A stretch of 53,642 nucleotides of DNA from positions 1 to 53,642 of IMG/VR virus record IMGVR_UViG_3300020400_000008; one strand, given 5' to 3'. The translations under genes and the position numbers were made by a program. This document shows, piece by piece, positions 16,151 through 23,828 of this stretch (the stretch's first letter is position 1; every line of letters starts with the position of its first letter). This DNA is from a virus (taxonomy: Duplodnaviria; Caudoviricetes). The notes under the pieces were generated by a model that searched no databases, was not told the origin of the DNA, and worked only from the letters and a program-made list of their open reading frames with translations.

Positions 16151-17026
16151 TTAGGCGGTTCCCCCCGTGATGATTCCGCAGGCGATCGCCCCTTGGTACC
16201 GGGCTCGCACTTGGTCGACCTTCTCTTTGGGGTTGACCTCTAGGCCCGCACCCTTGAGGGCTTTGAGCATGTTCGCCTTGGTGACCTGCTTCGGCTTTCG
16301 TGCCTCCGCCTTCTTGACCGTCTTGGTCCCGCCGTTGCGGGTCTTGACGGTCTTGGTCGTGGTCCCGTCGGCGTTGCCCTGCCACGTGTTGGCGGCGGCG
16401 ATGATCTTCTTCCGGCGGTTCTTCACGCTGGTGGTCTTTCCGTCGGCGTCCTTGATGACCTCGTACACGGTGTTTCCGTTCTCGTCCTTGACGACCTTAC
16501 CGCCCTTCTTGACCGGGCGCCTTTGTACGAAGGCCTCCCACCACGTGGGTCCGTTCTGGTCCTTGTGCCACTCCTTGGCCGCTGTGAACTGGTCCGTGAA
16601 GGGCCTGCTGATGCCCTCGGCGAACCATGCTTTCCCTGCGTGGGCCGCATTGATGGATGCATTCAGGTTGCGCTGGGCCGCTAGGTGCTTGGCGTATTTT
16701 CGCATGACGCCCTTGGTGAAGGCGTCGGCTAGGCCTTTGTCTGTGGTGGGTACGTCTTTTTCCGCATGGGCTAGGGCCGCTTCCACGAAGGCCCTTACGT
16801 CTGCTCGTGGGTTGGTGGCTACGTAGTTCACACGGACACGCTTTCCGTCCACTACTATTTGCTTGGTGTTCCACTTGGCCGTGGACGCACCTAGGAACAT
16901 GGGTATGCTCTCTAGGTTGTTTTTCCTACCACGCAGGTAGGCCCCCACCTCTGGGGCCATGGACGTATAGGTCCACTCTTTGTCGGTCGTTGTCTGGCTG
17001 TCGGTATGTGCTGTATTGTTCGACAC
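16151..17026 (-). CDS. Lys/Ala-rich basic protein with C-terminal SAP/HeH-like helix pair
   Basis: GTG 17026 after GAGGTGA RBS and motif copy 7; VTKANMLKALKGAGLEV...VDQVRARY. Confidence 0.7.
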   Translation of the reverse strand: MSNNTAHTDSQTTTDKEWTYTSMAPEVGAYLRGRKNNLESIPMFLGASTAKWNTKQIVVDGKRVRVNYVATNPRADVRAFVEAALAHAEKDVPTTDKGLADAFTKGVMRKYAKHLAAQRNLNASINAAHAGKAWFAEGISRPFTDQFTAAKEWHKDQNGPTWWEAFVQRRPVKKGGKVVKDENGNTVYEVIKDADGKTTSVKNRRKKIIAAANTWQGNADGTTTKTVKTRNGGTKTVKKAEARKPKQVTKANMLKALKGAGLEVNPKEKVDQVRARYQGAIACGIITGGTA

Positions 17027-17048
17027 TTGTTCACCTCGTGGCTCTAGT

Positions 17049-17070
17049 ATTGCTGCTTTAAGTATGAATT
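17049..17070 (-). promoter_or_regulatory. conserved early-arm motif, copy 7
   Basis: attgctgctttaagtatgaatt. Confidence 0.75.
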
Positions 17071-17401
17071 GGTTGACGGTGATCGATTCTCGATGGTCGG
17101 TTTGGTGGATCGGCTCCCCACGTGTGGGTATAGCGGCGGCGTATAGCGTGGGCGTGTCAAAGGAGGCATCATTCAGTGCTACCCATATGGATGGGAGGGT
17201 GAACGTGGCGCAGTGGGTTCGGCTTACTGCCAAGGCCATTCGTACAGGCGTAGCCGCACGATGGGGTCGGTTCGGGGTCGGTGTGGTGTGGGTGTGGCAG
17301 TGGCCTAGCCCCGACCCCCCTGCAAAACCGCTGTACTGCGAGCCTGTGCGCACACGCCACCACACCCACCCCACGCCAGCACCACACCCACCCGACGACC
17401 C

Positions 17402-17497
17402 TTTAGCGCTGGGCTTTAGCGGGGTGGGGGCAGGGGCGCAGTACCCTTTAGCGCCAAGGGGCTTAGCCGGAGGGATAGTTTAGCGCCGCCTTTAGCG
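17402..17497 (+). repeat. cluster of TTTAGCG direct repeats
   Basis: TTTAGCG at 17402, 17415, 17447, 17479 and 17491, plus degenerate CTTAGCC at 17462. Confidence 0.8.
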
Positions 17498-17642
17498 GCT
17501 CCTTATAACCCCATGCAGCGCTGCAGAAAAATTTCGGTGGGAGGCCCCTTCCGAAAAATTTTGAAAATTTTCAAGTAGCGAGCCCCCTCCTGCCCCTGTA
17601 TGATGCCGGAGTTCACCCTCTTCTACAATCAGGGCCAGCACC

Positions 17643-17744
17643 TCACTGCGTCAGAACCCAGCCCGCTGCAGTGAGCAGGAACACCGCCAGAATGCCGATT
17701 TTGATGCCGAGGTCGATCAGTGCGTCGATCACGATCTTGCACAT
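17643..17744 (-). CDS. putative single-TM peptide (33 aa)
   Basis: manual translation MCKIVIDALIDLGIKIGILAVFLLTAAGWVLTQ. Confidence 0.35.
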   Translation of the reverse strand: MCKIVIDALIDLGIKIGILAVFLLTAAGWVLTQ

Positions 17745-17785
17745 TGACCCCGCTATGGACCCCATATGCAGGCAGTCGCTGGGTT

Positions 17786-17796
17786 CATATATAAAA
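17786..17796 (+). promoter_or_regulatory. archaeal TATA-like box
   Basis: CATATATAAAA roughly 25 nt before ATG 17817, spacing typical of a leaderless transcript. Confidence 0.55.
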
Positions 17797-17816
17797 CAGC
17801 CATGCCACTACTACTG

Positions 17817-18008
17817 ATGGCACAGACCACAGACCCCTTTGTGAGGGCATGGCTCATGCTCAAGACCCAGCCACAGGGCATGAAGTTCACGGAGGCCGAG
17901 AAGTCGCTGATCATGTCCACGCTGACCAAGGCGATGACGAGCGGTGACCCGATCATGGAGGAGGAGGCCAGTATGCTCTTCGCCCGGTACATTGATGTCC
18001 AGAGATGA
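17817..18008 (+). CDS. small protein with AWxxLK tag
   Basis: MAQTTDPFVRAWLMLK... Confidence 0.65.
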   Translation: MAQTTDPFVRAWLMLKTQPQGMKFTEAEKSLIMSTLTKAMTSGDPIMEEEASMLFARYIDVQR

Positions 18009-18020
18009 TTCCGCAAGGTC

Positions 18021-18959
18021 ATGTCGGAGGTCATTCGCCTGTATGAGGTGGGTCCACGCGACGGTCTGCAGAACCTCGAGGGCGACATAACCACCGAGAA
18101 CAAGGCCAACCTCGTCGAGTTGCTGCTCGATGCGGGTCTGGACCGCATTGAGATCGGCAGTTTCGTGAATCCGAAGCACGTGCCGCAGATGGGGGACTCG
18201 AAGGACCTGTTTTTGTTGCTGCTTGATAAGGTAGGGGGGCGTGATGCGTTCTCCGTGCTCGTTCCCAACAAGAAGGGCGTTGAGATGGCCCAGAGCGTGG
18301 GTGCCGAGTTCCTCAACATCTACGTCAGCCCCTCGCCAACGTTCCTCAACGACAATCTGGGCACGTTCGAGTTGTCAGAGGTGCTTGATCGGTACGACGA
18401 GGCGCTGGAGGGCATCGATGAGAGCCGCGTCAGGGGCTACATCAGCCTCGCGTTCGACTCACCGTTCGGCGATTGGGATACCAAGGCGCTCGAGGACTGC
18501 ATCGTGTGGTGCAAGGAGAACTGCTCGACGGTCGTGCTCGCGGACACGGCTGGCATGGCCACGGAGAGCAGGCTCACCGAGGTGATCAAGATGGCGAAGC
18601 GGCACACGGACAACCTCGCCCTGCACCTGCACGAGCCACAGGTGAAGAGGATGACCTTCGACAAACTGCTGACGACGGCGTACCTCGCTGGTATCAGGGA
18701 GTTCGACACCAGCATAGGCGGTCTTGGTGGGTGTCCGTTCGTTCCGGGCAGTTTCGGCAACCTGCCGACCGAGTACATCGTGGACTGGGCCGAGTTCTAC
18801 GGCATCGAGATCGAGCAGTTCATCAGCAAGTCGAGGCTCGAGGCGGCTCGCCTGTATGCTGAGTCGATCACCGACACGCCCCTCACGGAGCGCCTGACGC
18901 GCTTCATATCAGGAAAACTGAGTGGTATTCGTCGACGCTGGATTCGTAGCGGAGCGTGA
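18021..18959 (+). CDS. hydroxymethylglutaryl-CoA lyase-like DRE-TIM metallolyase
   Basis: EVGPRDGLQN, GSFVNPKHVPQM, LADTAG, LHLH and GGLGGCPF...GNLPTE. Confidence 0.9.
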   Translation: MSEVIRLYEVGPRDGLQNLEGDITTENKANLVELLLDAGLDRIEIGSFVNPKHVPQMGDSKDLFLLLLDKVGGRDAFSVLVPNKKGVEMAQSVGAEFLNIYVSPSPTFLNDNLGTFELSEVLDRYDEALEGIDESRVRGYISLAFDSPFGDWDTKALEDCIVWCKENCSTVVLADTAGMATESRLTEVIKMAKRHTDNLALHLHEPQVKRMTFDKLLTTAYLAGIREFDTSIGGLGGCPFVPGSFGNLPTEYIVDWAEFYGIEIEQFISKSRLEAARLYAESITDTPLTERLTRFISGKLSGIRRRWIRSGA

Positions 18960-19298
18960 TCGCTGACTCATCTGCTCCTGCTCCTGCTGCTCCATCATCT
19001 CCTGCTCCTGTCGCTTCTGGTTGGCCTCTTTCAGCCTCTCGAAGGCGGAGTCACCTGCCTCCTCCGCACCCTCTCGCATGAAGAGCGGTTTGGTAGCCTT
19101 GGAGCCTGCGAGGGCACCTGCCCCCATGGCAGCGGCCCTACTGGTGAGCGCTCCCTTGATACCTGCTGCGACTGCAGGGGCGAAAGCATACTTCCTTATC
19201 TCGGGTGTGGCGACCCCTGAAAAGGAGCGGATAACACCAACTGAACGACCATATGGGAATACACTTGGGGCCGCCACGTCAAACCGGAGTGTGCGCAA
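18909..19298 (-). CDS. possible hypothetical protein (opposite strand)
   Basis: Ala/Gly-rich then Gln/Glu-rich, like neighbouring proteins; overlaps the 3' end of the lyase gene; start uncertain. Confidence 0.45.
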   Translation of the reverse strand: MRTLRFDVAAPSVFPYGRSVGVIRSFSGVATPEIRKYAFAPAVAAGIKGALTSRAAAMGAGALAGSKATKPLFMREGAEEAGDSAFERLKEANQKRQEQEMMEQQEQEQMSQRSRSATNPASTNTTQFS

Positions 19299-19342
19299 CT
19301 GTAAAATGCTTTAGGTGTGTATGACCTCCTAGGTGAGTCGCC

Positions 19343-19588
19343 ATTGCTGAATCGTTTGACGTCTGCTTTGACCTTATCAAAGGTCAAAAAGGCCAATTCG
19401 GCTACCCGAGCGAGTCATACATCTCCCAAAGGCCTAGGAAAGTCGCGCAAGCCAAGGTTCAGCGACAGGCTAGGAAGGTCAAGACTCGCAAGACGAAGGC
19501 GAAGTACAAGAGGCAAGTCGATCGTGGAAACGTTCGTCCGAAGATGAGAAGGCAGACAGGGTTAGTAAGGGTGGCGAGATCAAGATGA
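19343..19588 (+). CDS. basic protein with apparent ATT start (81 aa, absent from ORF track)
   Basis: AGGTGA RBS 6 nt before ATT; (M)AESFDVCFDLIKGQKGQFGY...; stop overlaps ATG 19585 as ATGA. Confidence 0.6.
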   Translation: MAESFDVCFDLIKGQKGQFGYPSESYISQRPRKVAQAKVQRQARKVKTRKTKAKYKRQVDRGNVRPKMRRQTGLVRVARSR

Positions 19589-19863
19589 CATCAGCATTCG
19601 AGAAGGCATGGCAGAAACTGGAGAAGGCAGCGTACGACAGTACGGACAGGGGCTACATGGACGACCCCCAGAACCCACAGGAGATGACACCGGAGGAATT
19701 GGCCCGTGCCAAGGCCAAGGAGCAGGATGACTTCACGCAGATGCTCGACGAGATGCCGGAGTTCGACGAGGACATGATGCAGCAGAGGCTCATGAACATG
19801 CCACGCGAGCAACTTATGGCCTTGGTCAGCCGAATGACGCGAGAGCAGGAGATGAGAAGATGA
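19585..19863 (+). CDS. hypothetical protein with AWxxLxK tag
   Basis: MTSAFEKAWQKLEKA. Confidence 0.75.
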   Translation: MTSAFEKAWQKLEKAAYDSTDRGYMDDPQNPQEMTPEELARAKAKEQDDFTQMLDEMPEFDEDMMQQRLMNMPREQLMALVSRMTREQEMRR

Positions 19864-20417
19864 AGGACATGAAGGGCAAGAAGGGCATGACTCTGGTCAT
19901 CGCCGTCGGCAAGCCGTCACCGAAGTCACCCATGGACACGGCCAAGCCTGACAAGGACGAGAAGAAGAAGGAACTGGCCCAGCGTGGATTCGGGCGCTTA
20001 GATCCAACCACCCTAGCGATGATAGCGCAGCAGTACGGTCTCCCATACACGCAGACCAGTGACGTCAGGCCGGGAACCAACTATGATGGAAGGAGAGAGG
20101 AGATGGAAGCAGTTATGTCGAGGAGGCCACAAGAGAGGGCCCGCAACATCATCCCACTAAAGCCGAGAGAACCGGAGATGATCCAGCGATCCGACGACGC
20201 GTTCGACATGGCATGGTCCTTGATCAAGAACTACAACATGATGGGAGTGCCAGCGAGCCAGTCCATGATGACGGACCTGCAGGCTGCCCGACAGAGGGTC
20301 AACGAACTCGATGCCGCTGCTGAGATGGAGCAGGACCCACAGAGGAAGTTGCAGTTGAAGATGCAGGCCGAGCAACTCTACAACCAACTCACGATGATGA
20401 TGTCAGCACGAAGATGA
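19860..20417 (+). CDS. modular hypothetical protein
   Basis: internal DDAFDMAWSLIK tag. Confidence 0.75.
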   Translation: MKDMKGKKGMTLVIAVGKPSPKSPMDTAKPDKDEKKKELAQRGFGRLDPTTLAMIAQQYGLPYTQTSDVRPGTNYDGRREEMEAVMSRRPQERARNIIPLKPREPEMIQRSDDAFDMAWSLIKNYNMMGVPASQSMMTDLQAARQRVNELDAAAEMEQDPQRKLQLKMQAEQLYNQLTMMMSARR

Positions 20418-21418
20418 TGGGTATGCCGTTCCGCTCAGAGAAGCAGAGACGGTATATGTTCGCAAACGAGCCTGAGATAGCCGAGAGGTGGACGAAGAAG
20501 TACGGCTCTAAGCCGGTCGGCGTCAAGAAAGCGGTCGTGATGAGGCCAAGCCCCGGCACAAGCACGTTCAGCAGCGCCGTTCTACCTGCACTCAGGGAGA
20601 GGAGAAAGAAGCCCTACCAGTACATTATGAGCCCCGGAAGGGCTGGGTCGCAGAAGATACAGGAGAGGATTGAGAGGAGGATAAAAGATCCCAAGATCAT
20701 CTCCGAGTCGATGGAGGACCCGTATCAGGGATCGCTCGAACTCGCGGAGTTCCTCGCCAGCCGGGGACTCTTTGATGACATGAGCGTTGATGACAGGCTG
20801 TACCTGCAGTCGTACCTGTCTCGACCCGGTGAGACGTACGCCGCATCAAAGAAGGACGTGGCTGCTGCCATGCCAGAGAGGAGGCGGAACCAGTTGTTCA
20901 TGAGACCGAGGGACCTCGGTGTCGTGTATCAGGTGATGAACAACCCTCGTGTCGAGTCAGGAAGGGGCATCATGCCCATCACTATCACCCCAGCCAACCC
21001 TAACAAGCCCATCCAGCCCACGTACGCGTACACGGGGGCTCCGATTGGCAGTAGTACTATACCCAGCAAAGTACAGGCAGCGCTGATGGAGAACTACGAG
21101 GACCTCATTCAACCACCCTCCTCCATCTACGACGTGCGAACCGGCGAGCCAATGGCACTCGCCTTCAGGTTGCTCAAGGAGCGCAAGTCGCCAGAGGCGA
21201 TGAGGCGCAAGTTGGAGTACGACAAGCGGTACGAGAAGACGCCCGAGCGGCGAAAGTACCAGCGCGAACTCCACGCTGAGAGACGAAAGAGGGGCATCTA
21301 CGGCACTGGTGACCACATGGACGTCAGCCACACGCAGGGTGGGAGGCTGACGCTTGAGCCCGAGCATGCGAACAGGGCGAGGCACTTCAAGGACCGGGGT
21401 ACGCTGAGGGTGGTATGA
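20414..21418 (+). CDS. modular protein with C-terminal HNH-like module
   Basis: N-terminal MPFRSEKQRRYM...W module; after AFRLLK comes GDHMDVSH...ANRAR. Confidence 0.65.
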   Translation: MMGMPFRSEKQRRYMFANEPEIAERWTKKYGSKPVGVKKAVVMRPSPGTSTFSSAVLPALRERRKKPYQYIMSPGRAGSQKIQERIERRIKDPKIISESMEDPYQGSLELAEFLASRGLFDDMSVDDRLYLQSYLSRPGETYAASKKDVAAAMPERRRNQLFMRPRDLGVVYQVMNNPRVESGRGIMPITITPANPNKPIQPTYAYTGAPIGSSTIPSKVQAALMENYEDLIQPPSSIYDVRTGEPMALAFRLLKERKSPEAMRRKLEYDKRYEKTPERRKYQRELHAERRKRGIYGTGDHMDVSHTQGGRLTLEPEHANRARHFKDRGTLRVV

Positions 21419-21879
21419 TGAGCCCCTTCGACCGAGCATGGACTTTGCTCAAGAGGCAGACCACGCTCGGTGAGTTTCACCCGGACCTCCCAAGCCCATA
21501 CGGCTCACACGTCATGCACTTCCATGGCACGACCCAGCCGGTGGCGCAGATGATCATGGCTGATCCCGCTGGTATCAGGCCGAAGCGAGGCGTACATGGG
21601 CATGGTGCCTATGTCAGCGATGACTACGAGATAGCGAGGAGGTATGCCAATGCAAAGGCAGTCGACCAACGTGGGTGGGATGGAACGAAGGTCAAACCAA
21701 TGGTGCTGGGTGTCAGGGAGGGTGTAAGCCGCTCTCGTAGCGAAGACAGGGAGTATGATCCAACTGTGACGATGGGAACCGAAGACTGGATGGAGGAGGG
21801 GTTCTACCCACAAGGCGTGAGGCCAGAGTACCTAACTCAGATACCAGCCGACTTCAACTGGTCAGGGGACATGCAGTAG
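21415..21879 (+). CDS. ADP-ribosyltransferase-fold protein (HGT / GxGxY type)
   Basis: FHGTT, GHGAYVSDD and ARRYA; preceded by PFDRAWTLLK. Confidence 0.7.
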   Translation: MMSPFDRAWTLLKRQTTLGEFHPDLPSPYGSHVMHFHGTTQPVAQMIMADPAGIRPKRGVHGHGAYVSDDYEIARRYANAKAVDQRGWDGTKVKPMVLGVREGVSRSRSEDREYDPTVTMGTEDWMEEGFYPQGVRPEYLTQIPADFNWSGDMQ

Positions 21880-22031
21880 GATGATTCCGATTCGTCCGAT
21901 TATTCATCTGTACGATATACTCTACAAGTAAGTATTATTCTATATGTATAGACTATACATTAGACACTTAGACACATTTCTCACAATACCTTTATGTTGA
22001 CCTCACGGTTGCCCTCAACAGGGGTCATACT

Positions 22032-22610
22032 ATGTCTCAAGACAACAACGACGCCGAGATAAGGCTCATGGGACTCATTTTGAGCCAGTCGGCACTCATC
22101 GGAGTGGCAGTCGCCATCTTCGACTCTGAACTATGGCTAGTGAACGACGATGTCTGGATGAACGGACTGAACTACGGAATGGGGGCCTTTGCAGTGCAGG
22201 GGCTCGCCTACTACATGTTCAAGATGTTCTTTGAGAGAAACCTGCAGGAGCGGGCTCGCATCAACGAGATGCAGAGATCGCAGCAATCTAGGTTCCGCAA
22301 CATGCAGGCCAACTTCGATCAGAGGAGGTCGGAGATGGAACTGCGCAAGGCGGAGGCGGAACTGGAGAAGGAACTCAGGTGGATGGAGCAGAATCCCGGC
22401 AAGGTGCCTAGTGGCTTCAGCCCCACTGGCGCAGCACGGGACGGTTTGAACCTAGGCAGCGACATGCACAGCACGTTCAACCCCGGCACACCGGTCCACG
22501 AGGCCTCCGTCACGCCCTCATTGAACCTCGGAGTGAATGAGAATGGCATACCCCTAAAGAAGGATGGCACCCCGGACCTTAGATACAAGAAGGTCCGAGG
22601 TGACAAGTGA
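22032..22610 (+). CDS. membrane protein (2 TM) with coiled coil
   Basis: two hydrophobic segments, Q/E-rich heptads and C-terminal LKKDGTPDLRYKK. Confidence 0.75.
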   Translation: MSQDNNDAEIRLMGLILSQSALIGVAVAIFDSELWLVNDDVWMNGLNYGMGAFAVQGLAYYMFKMFFERNLQERARINEMQRSQQSRFRNMQANFDQRRSEMELRKAEAELEKELRWMEQNPGKVPSGFSPTGAARDGLNLGSDMHSTFNPGTPVHEASVTPSLNLGVNENGIPLKKDGTPDLRYKKVRGDK

Positions 22611-22867
22611 TGGGCAAGATATTCAAGACCCCGAAGGACGACTCCGTGGAGGAGACCCTCCGCGCAATGCATCTGGCGAATACCGTTGACAACGTCTACG
22701 AATGGGGCATAGGATGGGTACGGACGCTCATCGCATTCGGCATCGGTGTGCTTGGTACCAGTGCCGTGGAGTACTACACCGACATAGCGATCTGGGAGTC
22801 AACGGGTGATTGGGCTGCTGGTAAGGTCGAGGATCTCGCCCAATGGCTCCTTGATCTGGTGGGTTGA
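22607..22867 (+). CDS. small membrane protein
   Basis: WVRTLIAFGIGVLGTSAV hydrophobic segment. Confidence 0.7.
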   Translation: MMGKIFKTPKDDSVEETLRAMHLANTVDNVYEWGIGWVRTLIAFGIGVLGTSAVEYYTDIAIWESTGDWAAGKVEDLAQWLLDLVG

Positions 22868-22873
22868 TCGAGG

Positions 22874-23587
22874 ATGTCGGCGACAGGCAGCGTTCTGGTC
22901 GGCGCAGCATTATGGGGCCAGCACCTCTACAACGCTTGGAAGCCGAGGAGCGTTGGTATCTACGGTACAAGTATGGTCGGCAAGACGACGCTCGATCGCT
23001 ACATGACAACCCCCGGTGAGATGGAGGATATCCCCGAGGAGGAGAGGACCAACCACTTCCGCATTCTGAATCGCTATATGCTACCGAGGGCATCTAAGAA
23101 GAGGATCAGTTGGAAGGGGGAGAAGCGTGTCGTCAACTCCAGTGACGTTGGAGGCCAAGAGAGATTCTGGAACCTGTGGGTCGATGACATGGTGGCAAGG
23201 CAAGTTGAGGCCGTCGTCTACATGTTCGACGACAGGGCGTTCAAGGGGGGAGCCGAGGGCATGGAGCAGGTTGCTGGATTCAAGTACCTCGTTGACGTAC
23301 TCGTAAGCAGGAATTATCGATACAGGACATTGAGGAGCAGATGGAAGGGCAGGAAGTACTCGCCAAAGGTCGTTATGCTGGTGGCGAACAAGGCCGATCG
23401 GTTCTTCGACGAGAAGGCAGCACTACTCTGGCAGCAGGGGAGGATAGGCGAGCACAAGGTGTTTGACCCTTTCCGAGACGACTTGATCAGGCTGCAGAAG
23501 GCGAACATCAGGAGCAAGCGCTCCTTCATGGCCACACGCATAGGTTGGAACGTGGAAATAAGCATGCTTGACTTGCTGACCTCATGA
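22874..23587 (+). CDS. small Ras-superfamily (Arf-like) GTPase
   Basis: G1 GTSMVGKTT, G3 DVGGQERF, G4 ANKAD; N-terminal hydrophobic helix. Confidence 0.85.
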   Translation: MSATGSVLVGAALWGQHLYNAWKPRSVGIYGTSMVGKTTLDRYMTTPGEMEDIPEEERTNHFRILNRYMLPRASKKRISWKGEKRVVNSSDVGGQERFWNLWVDDMVARQVEAVVYMFDDRAFKGGAEGMEQVAGFKYLVDVLVSRNYRYRTLRSRWKGRKYSPKVVMLVANKADRFFDEKAALLWQQGRIGEHKVFDPFRDDLIRLQKANIRSKRSFMATRIGWNVEISMLDLLTS

Positions 23588-23633
23588 TTGACCCCATCAA
23601 TAGCCTTTTGAATGAACAACGGATGCGACTCAC

Positions 23634-23828
23634 ATGGCCAAGACCAATGGGGATACTGCTTTGGTCTCCACCGGTGGTGGTTCTAACAGCCTCAGAACCA
23701 CGGTCCCCATGTGGTTGGTCGAGCAGTTCTCTCTCGCTGCGGGAGACCGGTTGAACTGGAGGCTCGACACAGACGGAAAATCCATGTACATCAAGGTCCT
23801 ACCAGTCAAGGAGGGTGATCAGGCGTGA
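23634..23828 (+). CDS. AbrB/MazE/SpoVT-type DNA-binding protein
   Basis: GSNSLRTTVPMWLVEQFSLAAGDRLNW. Confidence 0.8.
   Translation: MAKTNGDTALVSTGGGSNSLRTTVPMWLVEQFSLAAGDRLNWRLDTDGKSMYIKVLPVKEGDQA

Noticed and set aside
264-16826. Plus-strand ORFs across the early arm (and minus-strand ORFs under late genes)
   Set aside because: They are antisense shadows of tightly coupled genes, with no RBS or recognisable motifs
701-17070. 22-bp repeats as a CRISPR array
   Set aside because: Copies are about 1-6 kb apart and separated by genes; there are no regular spacers and no cas genes
17027-17374. N-terminal 116 aa of the 407-aa ORF
   Set aside because: It reads through the non-coding switch region and motif copy 7; the RBS supports GTG 17026 as the start
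15725-17800. tRNA or other known ncRNA genes in the intergenic gaps
   Set aside because: No cloverleaf or T-loop consensus was recognisable by eye; tRNAscan-SE or Infernal would be needed to exclude them
19317-19547. 76-aa plus-strand ORF from the track
   Set aside because: The overlapping frame 19343-19588 has the RBS, the tag motif, typical codons and stop/start coupling
23634-23828. MazE-type antitoxin of a toxin-antitoxin pair
   Set aside because: No recognisable PIN, MazF or RelE toxin is adjacent; a stand-alone regulator is more likely
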